A stretch of DNA of 64,000 nucleotides from Octopus sinensis (GCF_006345805.1 NC_043004.1:72292001-72356000), one strand, 5' to 3'. Shown: positions 1 through 13,621, numbered from the stretch's first letter. Translations and numbers: made by a program. The notes: a model not told the origin generated them from the sequence alone.

Positions 1-217
1 TCTCTATACTATATCATAAAACTGATCCTTCGACGGACCAGCGTCTTGTCAGGGGTTGGGGAATAAGAATATATAGGCGACAGAATACGGGAAAACCGGC
101 CTTATGCACCTAGAGCTTGGGAAATATTTTTCATCCTTTATGTGTGCATGTGTGTGTATATGCATGCATATTTACACACACACACACACATATATAAATA
201 TATATACACACACATAC

Positions 218-248
<31 letters not shown>

Positions 249-1107
249 TGTATGTATGTATATATGTATGTATTTGTGTGTGTATGAGGAATGTTGGGGA
301 ATCAGGAAATATATCTTTTCAGAATTCAGAATGTAGATTCTCGGGTCGGAGAATGTTTATGATTTCATATCTCTCTTCTGTGTTCTGTAGTTTGAATATT
401 TTTCTCTTCCAAAGGAATAAGTCCACACGGCTATTTTTGTCTTTTAGAAATATTTTTTAATTCCTATAATCGCTCATCCAGCAAAGTACAGACCCGCTTT
501 GCCATGTTAAATAGTATGTTTCTTTTTTGTGTGTGTGTGCATGTGTGTGCATGAAAGAACGAAAATTCAAGTTTTCATGCATGGCTGTTGTTGGATAGAA
601 AAGATATCGTTATCTTCTTTTCACCTTTGATAATATGTGTGTCCAAAAATGGCAGGTTTTGTGTGTTATTCTGTTGTAAATTTCGCGAAGTAATGAGCCT
701 ATTTAGGAGGAATGGAAAATTCCTAGGCCTTTTTGATTTTTGTTCCAAAATATGAAACATTTATCAAAATTCCGTTTCCAGTTGTCATCCATGTAAATGG
801 AGAATTTGGATCAAATCTAATGTTAAGAATTGGTTATCGTTTTAAACTGTATGGGCAGTTTTTTGTTTCTTTTTTTGTTCTTGTTTCTATAAAGCGAAGG
901 TTACGTATTTCTATCCCCATACAGTTTAAAATGATAACCAATTGTTAATATTGTATTTGACCCAGATACTTGGAATTATGAATTACTTAGGGACCAAAAT
1001 CGAGGTATTATTAATATGTATTTCTTTCTGAATCTTAACTTCAAACTGTGATACAAATAAATCAACTATACATCCACAACTCTCCATTTTCTTACCTTAT
1101 TAATATA

Positions 1108-1504
1108 TCTATAATATAAATTGGACACGGTCGATCGTTGTCTTGAGGTTCACAGCCAAACGGCTGGGTGGCTTTGCGTGAAAAATAGCACACATATGTA
1201 GACGGGTGCATAGATTGGAATGCGGTTTGTATTTTTCCTAGCCCTCATAGTTACCGAGAAAATCGATTAAATCTTTCTAATGGAATTCCCCCAGGCTAGG
1301 TGCAAATTCGTTCTTCACAACTCCTGAAGCTGTTTTCTGACACGGGTGAGGGGAGTTAGGAAATTTTCATACAGCTAGAGGCTCCAATCGAAACAGGGGA
1401 CCCGAAATGTTAGGGTTGAGAAACACTTACAGATTATGCCTAACTGAAAACGATCACAGCCACATCATCCAAACAGACCGGGTGAAACCAGGCTTAGCAG
1501 CTAG
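1108..1504 (+). mobile_element. Non-autonomous Helitron-type element
   Basis: Starts TCTATAATATAAA after an A. Ends with the hairpin CCGGGTGAAACCAGG followed by CTAG then T. This gives an A|T target with no TSD, the canonical Helitron termini. Confidence 0.7.
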
Positions 1505-2114
1505 TATATATATATACATACATACAAACATACTAACACACGCACACACATATATATGTATACATATACATACATACATACATACATAAAGAAACTGGAA
1601 TAAAAAAGGCCATGTATTTAAAAGAAGTTACAAGTTGAAACAAGAAACATCTTTGTAGTCTTATAGACGCTGAGACATTAAGTCGTCGATAAATTTAAAG
1701 CTAATGAAAAGGTAATATTTACTTCCGGTTGCTGAATACGAAACATATATTAACATCGAGTTAAAAGATAATCATTGATGATCGATTTGTTGAGTTTAGC
1801 TTATTTCTTCTTAACATACCTTTATAATGATTTTACACGGGTAAATGACTATTTCTGGTGAATGGTGATCTAGTTACCTTTCTGTACCTAAAACAATAGT
1901 TTTAATGCAATTTTCTAATAAAAAAAACAGTTTATATCAAACAAAAGTTATTAGTTAAAGGGTTTTTTTTCATTACTCGAGACAAGAGACACTGGGGACA
2001 AAAATGTTTTCTATTTAGACTGCCGTCATAAAATCTATATTTTTCTGTATTTGCATCCATATCAGAAATCATAAATATATATACGTTTGTGTGTGTGTGT
2101 GCGTGTGTGTGTGA

Positions 2115-2169
<55 letters not shown>

Positions 2170-2182
<13 letters not shown>

Positions 2183-3898
2183 CCATCGATACAATATCTT
2201 GATGAAAGGATTCCCCTTGCTCAAACACTGCTCCAAGGTTCTCTGCAAAAACTTTCAGATGTGAATCAAGGAAATGGACTTTTAGTGACATCCCACAGCC
2301 CTTTGCAGCGTAGGAGTCTAGAAGACATTTCACTCCATTTCTAAACTCCAGAGATCTCTTGTTGCCTAGGAAATTTTCACAGAGTCATTTGAAGGATTCC
2401 CAGGCTTTATGCTCAGTCTCATCCAGTGCTGTGAGGAAGTGATTGTCCTTCAGAAGTTCTTTTACCTGCGGACCTATGAATACGCCTTCATTCAGTTTTA
2501 CCTCGGTGATTTGTGGCAATTAGACCTTCACATATTTAAAACCTTTTGAGCTTTTCCTGGCAAGTATCTCCACGCATTGTTCCATGAAGCCAAGCTTTAT
2601 GTGAAAAGGAAGAAGACCATTTCTGGGTTTAAAATTGGCTTACTCTGGACGCTAGAAACTCCCGGCACATATGATTTTTGCAAAGGCCACTCTGATTGCA
2701 TATAGTGCTTGTTAGTTGCACGACTGTCCCTTAGGCATGAAAAGCAACAATATTTCGTAAGCCCAGATTGCATTCACATTAACATTCCAATCCACTTCAA
2801 GTCTCCACATATTTTCCAGCTGTAGTTTGTATAGTTTATGGCATTGAGGAGTACTTGCATGTTTTCATAACACTCCTTCAAGTGCACTGAATGTCCTAGT
2901 GGAATGGATGTTTTCTTATTGCCGTTGTGTAGAAGTACTGCCTTGAGGTTTCTCTTAGATGAACCAATGAACAAGCGCTATTCAGCTGGAACATGCTCTT
3001 GGAACAAACAGCGAAATATCTCATCAGTGTTATTACTAAAACAAAGTGGTCCATCAACAGAGAAGCATGAAGTCGGATCCCTATTTCTCTTCCTGAAATG
3101 AGTAATATAAACATCTTTCTTAAGCAGACACTTTTCTTGTAGGCGAGTTCAGCTTTATCCTTCGACGACAAGTCTCTAACTAAATCATTTAACTCTCTTG
3201 AGAAAATTTATGTGGTAAGTCTTCATTTTCAATCGTGAAATCTGCATCCACTTCGGTGTCTTCCACAGCAGTAGTATTTTCTTCAGGTAATACATCATCA
3301 TCAGATATCTGAAGCCCATTTTCTGGTTATATTGGAATAGGAGGATCATCATCGTTGTGTGGTACTGGTCTTCTTGCTGATTCCAAGTTGGGATACATAA
3401 TCTTATGCTTGGTCTTTACAGTAAACCCACATACATTAACGTTGCAAAAATAACAGTCCATGAAAAGATCCTTTGGCTCTTTCCATATCATAGGTATTGC
3501 AAACGGCATTGCTCTCTTCCTCTTATTTAGCCAATCCCTTAGTCCATTTGATCAAGCTGAGCAGATGATGTGCGGGGCCCAACTCTTATCTTGATCCCCG
3601 AGAGAGCAGCCAAAGTATAACAGGCAGATGTTCTTGATTTCACACGTTGCTGAACTTTGGTGGTAAATGAACCACAGACATGATAAAATATATCAGGACT
3701 GTTCTTGCGATGCCTTAACATCCTGAGTAGAATTTGCTGATGATGATGACTTGGCACCTTAAGTAGAAAGTAAAATTTATGAAAAGAAAAGATTATGAAA
3801 ACATAAAATTACAAAATGAATACAAATAATTATAAACAGAATTCAGAATTTACCTGTATAAGACGTTCAAGTGTAGCGTAATTTACCCGAAAGTACAT
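2170..3898 (-). mobile_element. Degenerate DNA transposase, probably Chapaev/CMC-type
   Basis: Frameshifted ORF pieces in order: NSPDIFYHVCGSF, MPFAIPMIWKEPKD..DCYFC, LLHNGNKKTSIPLGHSVHLKECYENM..WKICGDLK, MSLKVHFLDSHL..ENLGAV.EQGESFHQDI. The family call is from motif recall. The 3' end is replaced by a (TA)n/(GT)n run. Confidence 0.7.
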
Positions 3899-5792
3899 CT
3901 CACTACATGGTACAATTTAAGTTTTAGTATATGAAGAATTTTGGAATTTTCTCCCTTACATCTCTGGCTTTGTGACTGACATTCACGCTCCTGGTTTGTC
4001 TCGCAATTACGGGTAGAATTTCAGTTAATAATATGTCATTTCTTGAGGCTCCATTGGAAAGTTTAATCTACACCTAACTGTACTAACACGTACCCATCTA
4101 GTTGGTTTCGGAGCCTTCATTCCCTATGCATTACTTACCTAATAATGAATGAGTCTAAACTCTTAGCAGTTGCTGAAAGAATTAGAAATTACAACCAAAT
4201 CTTAATTACATCCCACTTCACGACTTAAGAACTCTTCCGGATAATTTGGTCTTTACTGAACACTGTCTGCAAACAAAGACGAGATGATAATGGCCGCAAT
4301 TCCTGGAACGTTACTCAATCTGGGCTCCAACAAACTTATTGCCAAATAATAATGACACTATGCTTCCAAAATTCTAAGCTGTCCTCTGTTACAATTGTAT
4401 ACAATTCTCAGAATTTACTAATCGTACCTAAACTCATCTCCCAGTTGCTCGTCATTATAAACACATTTTATAGTTTTAATTCTGAGATATTTCTTCTTCA
4501 CATATTTTTATTTAAGTAATGACATGCTTAAACAGTGTAGGGTTGATAAACATGAATCAAACCAAACTTAATATATAACATAGGCATCTCTGTTGATCGG
4601 AGCTAAATGAAAGTGAATGTAGTCTTGGACAGATCGGAACGCAGAAGACAAAGTAAAGAATATGAGAAGTACATGCCTTTCTCGGGGGACGTTATCGACA
4701 TTTACATCAATCCAAAATATAACCCTCAATCACACCTCCATTTCATCATGATTTTAACCACCTACAATTATCTATATTCTCTGACGACTCCTCTTTCAAC
4801 AGCCTTCAACAGCTAGTGAAAAATAAAAGAAACAAATAAACAAAGTGACAGCTATCAATATATTGCGATGTTAGAATCCATTTCTTTTGTTCATCAAGTG
4901 TGTAAATACATGTGACTTGTTTCAAGTTGTCTATTTGCGTAGGTCGGTCGTTAGAAGTGGACATTGATTGGAAAACGAAGCTTATGATAAAACTGACAAT
5001 TCTTTTATTTGTATCAAAGCGCTCTGGAGAGAAAGAAACAACGCGTTAAAGAAAACTAAAATAGCCTGACGACAACTTCTAGAGTTAGTGGCAAAATAAT
5101 TTCAAGTTGCTCACATATCTTTACAAAGGTGGAAAAGAACTGACCATATTGTTTTAAGTAGATATCTTTCTCGAAGGCAGAGTTAGATCAACTGGTTTCA
5201 TCGATCTGTGTCAGAACAACGATAAAAGATAAACAAAATAACCCCGTTTACTGAAATTGGAAAAAAAAAGCATCAAGTGTTTCTGGAGAGAAACCTCTGT
5301 TTCGACGAATTTCAAGTAAAAGTGAATATTACATAGCAACTCTGTAACAGTCATGAGTCTTAAAGGTAAGTGAATTAATGTTATTAGGAATCGAAGGAGA
5401 TATAGTAACTGCAATTGTTTCTAATCTCTATTCGACCTTCCCTCTCGAATGTAACGAAAGTATAATAGAAGCTCAAATAATATACAGAATTCGATCCAAA
5501 TGATTATATAACTTTGCTTTACAAAACTGCTACTTGGTACATTTGTTCCCTACTCTGTCAGGCACAATAACAGCATTTCAATGGAGGTTGCTGAACATTT
5601 TACATCAAACGATTGCAATTTTGAGGAACACCTGAAAGTGCAAATTCTCAAAGTTTTTCAGACTCTACCGCATTTTATGTCATCAAACACATGGAAATAA
5701 ATATAATTGTGAATTATTAATATCGCGTTCTGAAAGAATAAATAAAACCACAGTTGCATTTCACCGCATTGACACAAAATTGTGTGACTAAA

Positions 5793-6050
5793 GTGGAGGC
5801 GCGTGGCTTAGGGGTTAGGGTGTCAGCATCACGATCGTAAGATTGTGGTTTCGATTCCTGGACCGGGCGACGCGTTGTGTTCTTAAGCAAAACACTTCAT
5901 TTCACGTTGCTCCAGTCCACTCAGCTGACAAAAATGAGTAACGCTGCGATAGACAGACATTCCCTCCAGCTGGGGAACACGTACGCCATTGAAATCGGGA
6001 AACGGAGTCCATGAGCCTGGCTAGGCTTTAAAGGGGCGCATTTATTTGTT
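5793..6050 (+). mobile_element. tRNA-derived SINE
   Basis: A-box-like GTGGCTTAGGGG and B-box GGTTTCGATTCC in a tRNA-like head, followed by body and tail. Confidence 0.75.
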
Positions 6051-6384
6051 ATTTTGTGTGACTGAGTTTTGTCTTTCCTGTTTTTTCCTTTTTCTTTCTT
6101 TTATTCTTTCTCCTTGCTATCCTATATGAAAGTATGAATACTTATAATGTCATTTTGTATGAAAAGGAACGGAAGACATTTTGAATTTTTGTATTTCTAT
6201 GTTTTTTTTGTTTTTTTTTTCATTTTACATTTTGTATCAGAAGACATAAAATCTGTCGAAAATTTGTTCGATTCATTCAGTTCAATAAACAGAGACAATC
6301 TCAATTCATGAAAAATCGCATTCCACTCTTCTTATTGCAATTTATTGTTGTTGTCATTGTTATTGTCGTTGCTTTTAGAAATAT

Positions 6385-6407
6385 TGTTAAGATTATTATT
6401 ATTATAA

Positions 6408-6438
<31 letters not shown>

Positions 6439-6477
6439 TAATATTATTAATATTATTATTATTATTAATATTATTAT

Positions 6478-6537
<60 letters not shown>

Positions 6538-6558
6538 TATTATTATTATTATTATTAT
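6385..6558. repeat. (ATT/TAA)n microsatellite at the 3' end of an R4/Dong copy
   Basis: Visible imperfect ATT array abutting the element terminus CAGTAGTTTTATTTTTAT. Confidence 0.95.
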
Positions 6559-8404
6559 TCAGTAGTTTTATTTTTATAGCGTGCTTTCACTTCACTACTG
6601 AGCGCAGCTCTGTGTGCCTTGGGTATGTGCTGTGATTTTTTGTGATGCTCTGATGGTTATTGTATGGAAAGTGTTCTGCGTAGGATGTGTGCAGTGCCTA
6701 GTAGTGCAATTTTCTGTATGTTATATGTGTTTGTAAGTCCTGATGTTTTTGTTATGTATTTGTCTGAATATTTTTTATCATGCCTAATGCACCTACTATG
6801 ATAGGAATTGTTTCTGTTTTCAGGTTCCACATTCTAGTTACCTCTATTTCCAGGTCTTTGTATTTTGAGAGTTTCTCCATTTCTTTTAGAGACACGTTGT
6901 CATCTGCCGGTATTGATACATCAATTAGAAAGCATTTTTTTTTCTTCATGATCTCTGACAACTATATCTGGCCTGTTGGCCTTAATTTCTCTATCTGTGT
7001 GTATCGGCATATCCCAGAGTATGTTTGCTTTTCATGGTTACTTTGGCGCATTTTTCTAATCCAAATTTCATATCTATTTCTTTGGTAAATCCATGAACTG
7101 TCTTTAATAGTGTTTCCAGCTGATTGTCATTTGCAGCGTATAGTTTTAGGTCATCCATATATAAAAGGTGGCTGATCGTTTTGCTGTAACATTTATATCC
7201 GCATCCAGTTCTATTTAGCATTACAGATAGAGGTGACAGTGCCAAGCAGAAAAGGAGTGGAGAGAGCGTGTCTCCCTGGAATATTCCTCTTCTAATGGGG
7301 ATGTCTTTGGTTTTCATGAGTCCCTCTTTTGTTTGGAGGTGTAGGACTGTTTGCCATTTATTCATAGAGTGCTCTATGAATTTTCTGATTGTTGGTGCTA
7401 CTTTGTTAATGGCTAGTGTTTCGAGGATCCATGTGTGGGGGATGCTATCAAACGCCTTTTTGTAGTCAATCCAGGCCATACTGAGGCCTTTCTTCTTTCT
7501 GTGGCTGTCTTCAGTTACGGCTTTATTAATCATTAGTTGATCTTTACAGCCATATGAGCCCTTGCGGCATCCTTTCTGCTCTTCTGGGAACAGTTTGTTT
7601 TCGTCCAGGTGCTTGTTCAGCCTTGCGATATCACTGCAGTAAATGCCTTGAACATAGTAGGGAGGCAGGTTATTGGTCTGTAGTTTTTCTGGTTTTGTTG
7701 TTTCATTTGATTTGGGAATTAAGATGGTTTTCCCCTTCGTGAGCCATTCAGGCATTGTCTCTGGCTCTGCTAGTATGCTGTTAAAGTTTTCAGCCAGCTT
7801 TTTGTGCATTCCTGTTAGATATTTCAACCAGAAGTTGGGGATCTTGTCATGCCCAGGTGCCTTCCAGTTGCTTAGTTTTTGCAGTGCCTGGGTGACCTCT
7901 TCAGTTGTTATGGGGTCCAAAGTTGTTCAGATGCCGAGTTTGTTATTTTCATACTCCTTTTTTTTGGCTGTTCGTTCGCCGACCATATTTCTATCCAGAA
8001 TTCTTCCAATTCTTCTTCCGTTGGTGCTGCAGTGACTTCTATTTTATTTTGCCCAGTTCTTGGTAGAACTTTTTGAGGTCGGAGTTGAACTTTTTGTTCT
8101 GTTCAAAGAAGCGTTGGCGGTTCTCGTACCGGCGGATCCTTTGAGCTTTGGCAAGGATATCTTGCTTCAGCTTTTCTTTTATCTCCGGCAAATCTTTTTC
8201 TGTGATGTTATATTTGCGGAGCATTTTTGTTCTCTTTTGTTGCTCAGTAGCGTTGCTTGTTTGCTGATTTCATTAAGAATCGACAGGTCTTTTCTAATTT
8301 TTTTAATTTTGTTTTGGATGTTATTTATCCACAGGGTTTGTTTGGGTGGTGGTACTCCTGTTTGGGCGGGTTTGGGTGAGTATCCAGCTTCTTTTGTGGC
8401 TGCA

Positions 8405-8405
<1 letters not shown>
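6559..8405 (-). mobile_element. R4/Dong-clade (RLE-type) non-LTR retrotransposon, 5'-truncated and internally deleted
   Basis: ORF 6991-7920 has RT motifs WIDYKKAFDSIPH, RGIFQGDTLSPLLF and LLYMDDLKLY. The RLE C-terminus [21 protein letters not shown] is at 6752-6961. Both ends are in TAA arrays. Confidence 0.88.
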
Positions 8406-8499
<94 letters not shown>

Positions 8500-8540
8500 C
8501 ATTAGTATTATTATTATTATTATTATTAATATTATTATTA

Positions 8541-8574
<34 letters not shown>

Positions 8575-8594
8575 ATTATTATTATTATTATTAA

Positions 8595-8635
<41 letters not shown>

Positions 8636-8647
8636 TATTATTATTAT
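8406..8647. repeat. (ATT/TAA)n microsatellite between two R4/Dong copies
   Basis: Visible ATT array of about 240 bp. Confidence 0.95.
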
Positions 8648-9336
8648 TCAGTAGTTTTATTTTTATAGCGTGCTTTCACTTCACTACCAAGCACAGCTCT
8701 GTGTGCCTTGGGTATGTGCTGTGATTTGTTGTGATGCTCTGATGGTTATTGTATGGAAAGTGTTCTGCGTAGGATGTGTGCAGTGCCTAGTAGTGCAATT
8801 TTCTGCATGTTATATGTGTTTGTAAGTCCTGATGTTTTTGTTATGTATTTGTCTGAATATTTTTTTTATCATGCCTACTATGATAGGAATTGTTTCTGTT
8901 TTCAGATTCCACATTCTAGTTACCTCTATTTCCAGGTCTTTGTATTTTGAGAGTTTCTCCATTTCTTTTAGAGACACGTTGTCATCAGCCGGTATTGATA
9001 CATCAATTAGAAAGCATTTGTTTTCTTCATGATCTCTGACAACTATATCTGGTCTGTTGGCCTTAATTTCTCTATCTGTGTGTATCGGCATATCCCAGAG
9101 TATGTTTGCTTTCTCGTTTTCTGTGACCTTTTCTGGTGTGTGCCAATACCATCTTTTTCTGTTGTTATTCCATAATGTTGGCATAGCTTCCAATGTATGT
9201 AGGTTCCAACTCTGTCATGTCTGTGAATATATTCCTTCTTAGCCAGGACTGGGCAGCTAGAGATAATATGATTTATTGTTTCTTGTCCATCTCCACATAT
9301 TCTGCAGTTACTTGTAATATTTCTTTTCATTACATG

Positions 9337-9340
<4 letters not shown>
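8648..9340 (-). mobile_element. R4/Dong-clade LINE 3' fragment (zinc knuckle + RLE endonuclease)
   Basis: CRICGDGQETINHIISSC knuckle and [25 protein letters not shown] motif. The 3' end is nearly identical to 6559-7030 and the copy is flanked by ATT repeats. Confidence 0.88.
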
Positions 9341-9367
<27 letters not shown>

Positions 9368-9469
9368 CATTACCATTTCCATTTCTATTACAATTTTAAT
9401 ATGCATGCCACGGGACTCTCTTTCAGTCGTGGACTTAAAGAGAGAAATATAATAGTAAGTAGGTCCGGA

Positions 9470-9860
9470 TCTGAGATAGAGGAAGGATGCTCGTGTAGAG
9501 GCAACGTCACACGTACACTTAAAGTTCTCTTTAACATGGAAACTGTGGTATATGAGGCAAAGGTAACACAAAAGGCACATGTAGGCAACCGAACGTGCGA
9601 AAGTATGTGGAAGCAACAGAAGGTCAATTCAGTACAAGATTTTGAAGCCATTAGTCCACCTTGAAAGTCTCAAAGAGATGAAATTCTAGGACTCTGGCCA
9701 GGAAAGTGTCATGGGATACAGCATAAAGTGGAAAGTCTTAAAGACATGCAAGATTTATTCTAATTTCAGCTGAAAATGTACGTTATGTTTAACTGAGGAA
9801 AATAGCTCTCAGCACTCACACATGTACCTAAACTATAGAAGTGATATTTCTTACCTTTAT
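9470..9860 (+). mobile_element. Decayed Penelope-like GIY-YIG endonuclease C-terminal remnant
   Basis: Pieces GCSCRG..VVYEAKVT and IKWKVLKTCKIYSN..CTLCLTEE resemble the PLE endonuclease tail (CNCR..VVY.A.V / I.WKIL..C.LCL.E) by motif recall. There are many stops. Confidence 0.5.
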
Positions 9861-10454
9861 CCTCTTACAAAAAGAGTATATTTTATCGTACCTACAGACA
9901 CCATCATGACTATAATCGGCAGTTTTTTATCTTTGGCTCCTTCACCATAATCTCCTGAGAATCCAGTGAAGAGTTTAACCAAAACATAGACAGACACGCA
10001 GAACGCAAGTATGCCATAACATGCGCTTAGGCGTTCAAACACACATTAAGTACTACAGTTCTCCCACAAATTCTTGCACATATAATACCCCTAAAGAGAT
10101 TAATATCAAGCATTAACTCGTACAGACATTTTCAGAATAATATTAGAAACCTTCGGAACCGAGAGCCTTATGTCCTAATATAATCATTCATCTAGTCATG
10201 TTTTCACTCCACCCACAAACCGGGTGTATTTTTTCACCCGCAATAACAAAGAGCAAACACCATATCTTTCCCATTCCTGCAAGCTCTGACGAGGTCACGT
10301 TATTAATCAATCGTGCTGTTTTCTCTTTTAATATCTAGTGAGAAACCAAATCGTAAGATTGGTTGTAAGGGATATATAATTCTTTACACTATCATTGATC
10401 TACCGACTTTATAGACAAATAATTTTCTGCATATATTTTCTGACTTATTGATTC

Positions 10455-10831
10455 TTAAGCCCTATCTCTCCTCCTTTCTCTCTCTGTCTCTCTCTCTCCT
10501 TCTGTCTCTCTTTCTCTCTCTCTCACTCTCACTCTCACACTTTCTGTATATATATATATATGAGATAAAATCACTATTAGGCAACTCAAACAGTGATAGA
10601 CATAAACCAAACATAACAAACAAAAAATAAATATAATTAATATAATATACAATAAATACATTTAAAATTTAAATTATTACATTTTTTATTTTTTTATTTA
10701 TATTTATAAATTTTCATATTTTTAAATTTTTTAATTTATAAATTTTTAAATCTTTAAACTTTAAAATTTTTTTATAACTAACTAAAAAGTATAAAAAAGT
10801 CTCTCTCTGTCTCTGTCTCTCTCTCTTTCTG

Positions 10832-10871
<40 letters not shown>

Positions 10872-13060
10872 TCTCTCTCTCTCACATACTTTCTGTATAT
10901 ATATATATTTGAGATAAAACCACTATTAGGCAACTTAAACAGTGATAGACATAAACCAAAACATAAGAAACAAAAAATAGATATAATTAATATAATATAC
11001 AATAAATACATTTAAAATTTAAATTATTACATTTTTTTATTTTTTTATTTATATTTATAAATTTTTATATTTATAAATTTTCATATTTTTTTAATTTTTA
11101 AATTTATAAATTTTTAGATCTTTAAACTTTAAAATTTTTTTGTAACTAACTAAAAGGTATAAAAAAGTTAAATATAATATAATAAGTAAAAACACTACGT
11201 ACGTTTCATGGCTATAGTTCAATTCTAATAACAATTAAGTTTAAATTCAATTGAAAATTCGAATTAAAATTACAGTCAATCTTTAGGTTAATGGTAATAA
11301 TTAAATAAATAAGCAAATAGAGTTAAACAATATTTTTTTTTAAATAAATAAAATATAAGTTTTCTTATGAAAAAAAAACTCAAATTTATGTGAAATATTA
11401 ATGTTTAAGGTAAAAAATAGGTAGAAAAAGGTATTTATATGTTAAGATATAATATGGCTTTAAAAAACATAATAAACTCACAAATATCCTTAACTTAGTT
11501 ATAGTCAGTATCTAATTACCAAATTATTTAACAAAATAATCAATTTTCATATTTTTAAATTTAAGTTCACATCTAATAATTATAAAATATTTAAGAATAA
11601 TAACTAAATTATTATCAATAAATATAATAATTAAGATCTAAAATTTAATCTATCAATAAATATATAGATATATAATGAGAAATAAATAAATTAATTAGTC
11701 CATTATTACTTACGTAACGTAATTCCACGAGTATTCTTATAAACGCTGAAAAGACGTTTTCCGTTTTAAACTTTTAGTTCATGACACGACTTTGGAAAGC
11801 TAAGTAAAGCATTTCTATTTAAGATTTTAAAGTATTTTAATAAGTTTTATTGTATACTATATAACTACTGATTGTTAATATGATTATATAATTATTTAGT
11901 TGTTTAAGATATGTATATAATTATTAGATTATAACTGTACGTTATTTGTAAGGTATTACTTAGCCAAAGAGATATATAGATCGTAAATAGTTATACGATA
12001 TTTTTAAGTTAGTTTATTAGTTTATAATTAAATTTTTTTCTTTAATTTTTTTCATGTATCTATACATATATTATATTAATGTATGCAGTATTGGATTAAT
12101 TAATTTATTTATTTTTCATTAAATGTCTATATATTTATTGATAGCGTAAATTTTAGATTTTAATTACTATATTTGTTGATAATTATTTAGTTATTATTTT
12201 TTTAATATTTTATAATTATTAGATGTGAACTTAAATCTAAAAATATGAATAATGATTATTTAGTCAAATAATTTGGTAATTAAATATTGATATAACTGAG
12301 TTAAGGATATTCGTGAGTTTATTAGGTTTTTAAGCCATATTATATCTTCATAGATATCTCTAATAGTGACTTTGTTCTCTTTATCTATTATAGCTAAAAT
12401 ATAGCCATTTTCCATGGATAATATTTATTCGTAATTTTCATTGATAAAATATATTCGTAGTTTTCATTGTTAAAAGAATTTTCCATCTGTTTATTATAAT
12501 TTTAGTTAATGACACGAATTTTGAAAGCTAAGTAAACCTTTTCTATTAAAGTTATTTTAATAAGTTATGTTATATTGTATTGTATTAGATACTGTATAAC
12601 TACTGATTGTTAATTTGATTCTATAATTATTTTGTTGTTGAAGATATGTATTTCAATATTAGATTATAACTGTTCGTTATTTGTAAGGTATTACATAGCC
12701 AAAGAGATATATAGATTGTTAAATAGTTATACAGTTCTTTTAAGATAGGTTATACGTTTATAATTTGCTTTTTCATCTTTAACTTCTTAATATATATATA
12801 AATATATTATATTAATATTTAATATTTACGTAAGTAATAATGGACTAATTAATTTATTTATTTTTCATTATATGTCTATATATTTATTGATAGAGTAAAT
12901 TTTAGATCTTAATTATAATATTTATTGATAATAATTTAGTTATTATTCTTAAATATTTTATAATTATTAGATGTGAACTTAAATTTTAAAATATTTATAT
13001 TTATACTGTGAAATTTGATTTATCCTAACTCTAATTTTCCACTGTAAGTTTGGATATACT
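10455..13060. repeat. Extremely AT-rich block with nested tandem and inverted modules
   Basis: Tandem ~340-bp duplication (10455-10790 / 10791-11160). A module at 11781-12060 recurs at ~12508-12800. A module at ~11455-11715 recurs inverted at ~12095-12350 and ~12825-13000. Confidence 0.8.
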
Positions 13061-13099
13061 CCCTTATATTATTATTATAATTATAATTATTATTATTAC

Positions 13100-13168
<69 letters not shown>

Positions 13169-13288
13169 CATTATATATGTATATATATAGTTAATCAAAG
13201 CATTAAACTCAAATAGAAAACACAACAACGCGAGGACGATGAACAAGTACAGTGTTATAGGGCGCTCAGGAAAGGAAAGAAAGAAGGA

Positions 13289-13326
13289 GGATTTAACGTT
13301 TCGAGCGGAGATCTTCGTCAGAAACA
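13289..13326 (-). ncRNA. Hammerhead ribozyme motif (type I, minimal, decayed helix II)
   Basis: Minus strand reads AUGUUU-CUGACGA-A-GAUC-UCC-GCUC-GAAA-CGUU-AAAUCC: canonical core, palindromic ACGU helix III, one mismatch in helix II and a short helix I. Confidence 0.6.
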
Positions 13327-13399
13327 TAGAAAAGGGAAAGATCCAAGGAAGGGAAGATGGAGGGCAAAATCGCCAAAGGTACACACTCGGTCACATATA

Positions 13400-13438
<39 letters not shown>

Positions 13439-13621
13439 TTATACATATATATATTATATTATATATATATTATATTATATATAAACCACACGCAGACACA
13501 CACTGACACACTGACACAACACACACACATACTAATACACATTCATAGTAGCACACATACATGTACATATAGTTATATATAGATATGTGTAATTATGTGT
13601 ATGTATATGTATATTTTTCAG

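Noticed and set aside
104-460. ORFs made of YIYI, CVCV, THTH, IIII or LSLS runs here and throughout the window
   Set aside because: They are translations of (TA)n, (CA)n, (ATT)n and (GATA)n microsatellites, with no coding signal.
9857-10042. Minus-strand 61-aa ORF with two hydrophobic stretches and nearby GTAAGA donors
   Set aside because: No credible acceptor, no partner exons and no recognisable family, so it is insufficient to call an exon.
10286-10320. CTGACGAGGTCACG..CGTG partial hammerhead after the Penelope remnant
   Set aside because: The GAAA half of the core and helix III are missing. At best it is a truncated relic.
10455-13060. Possible mitochondrial insertion (NUMT)
   Set aside because: No mitochondrial tRNA, rRNA or protein motif could be recognised. 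AT richness alone is not evidence.
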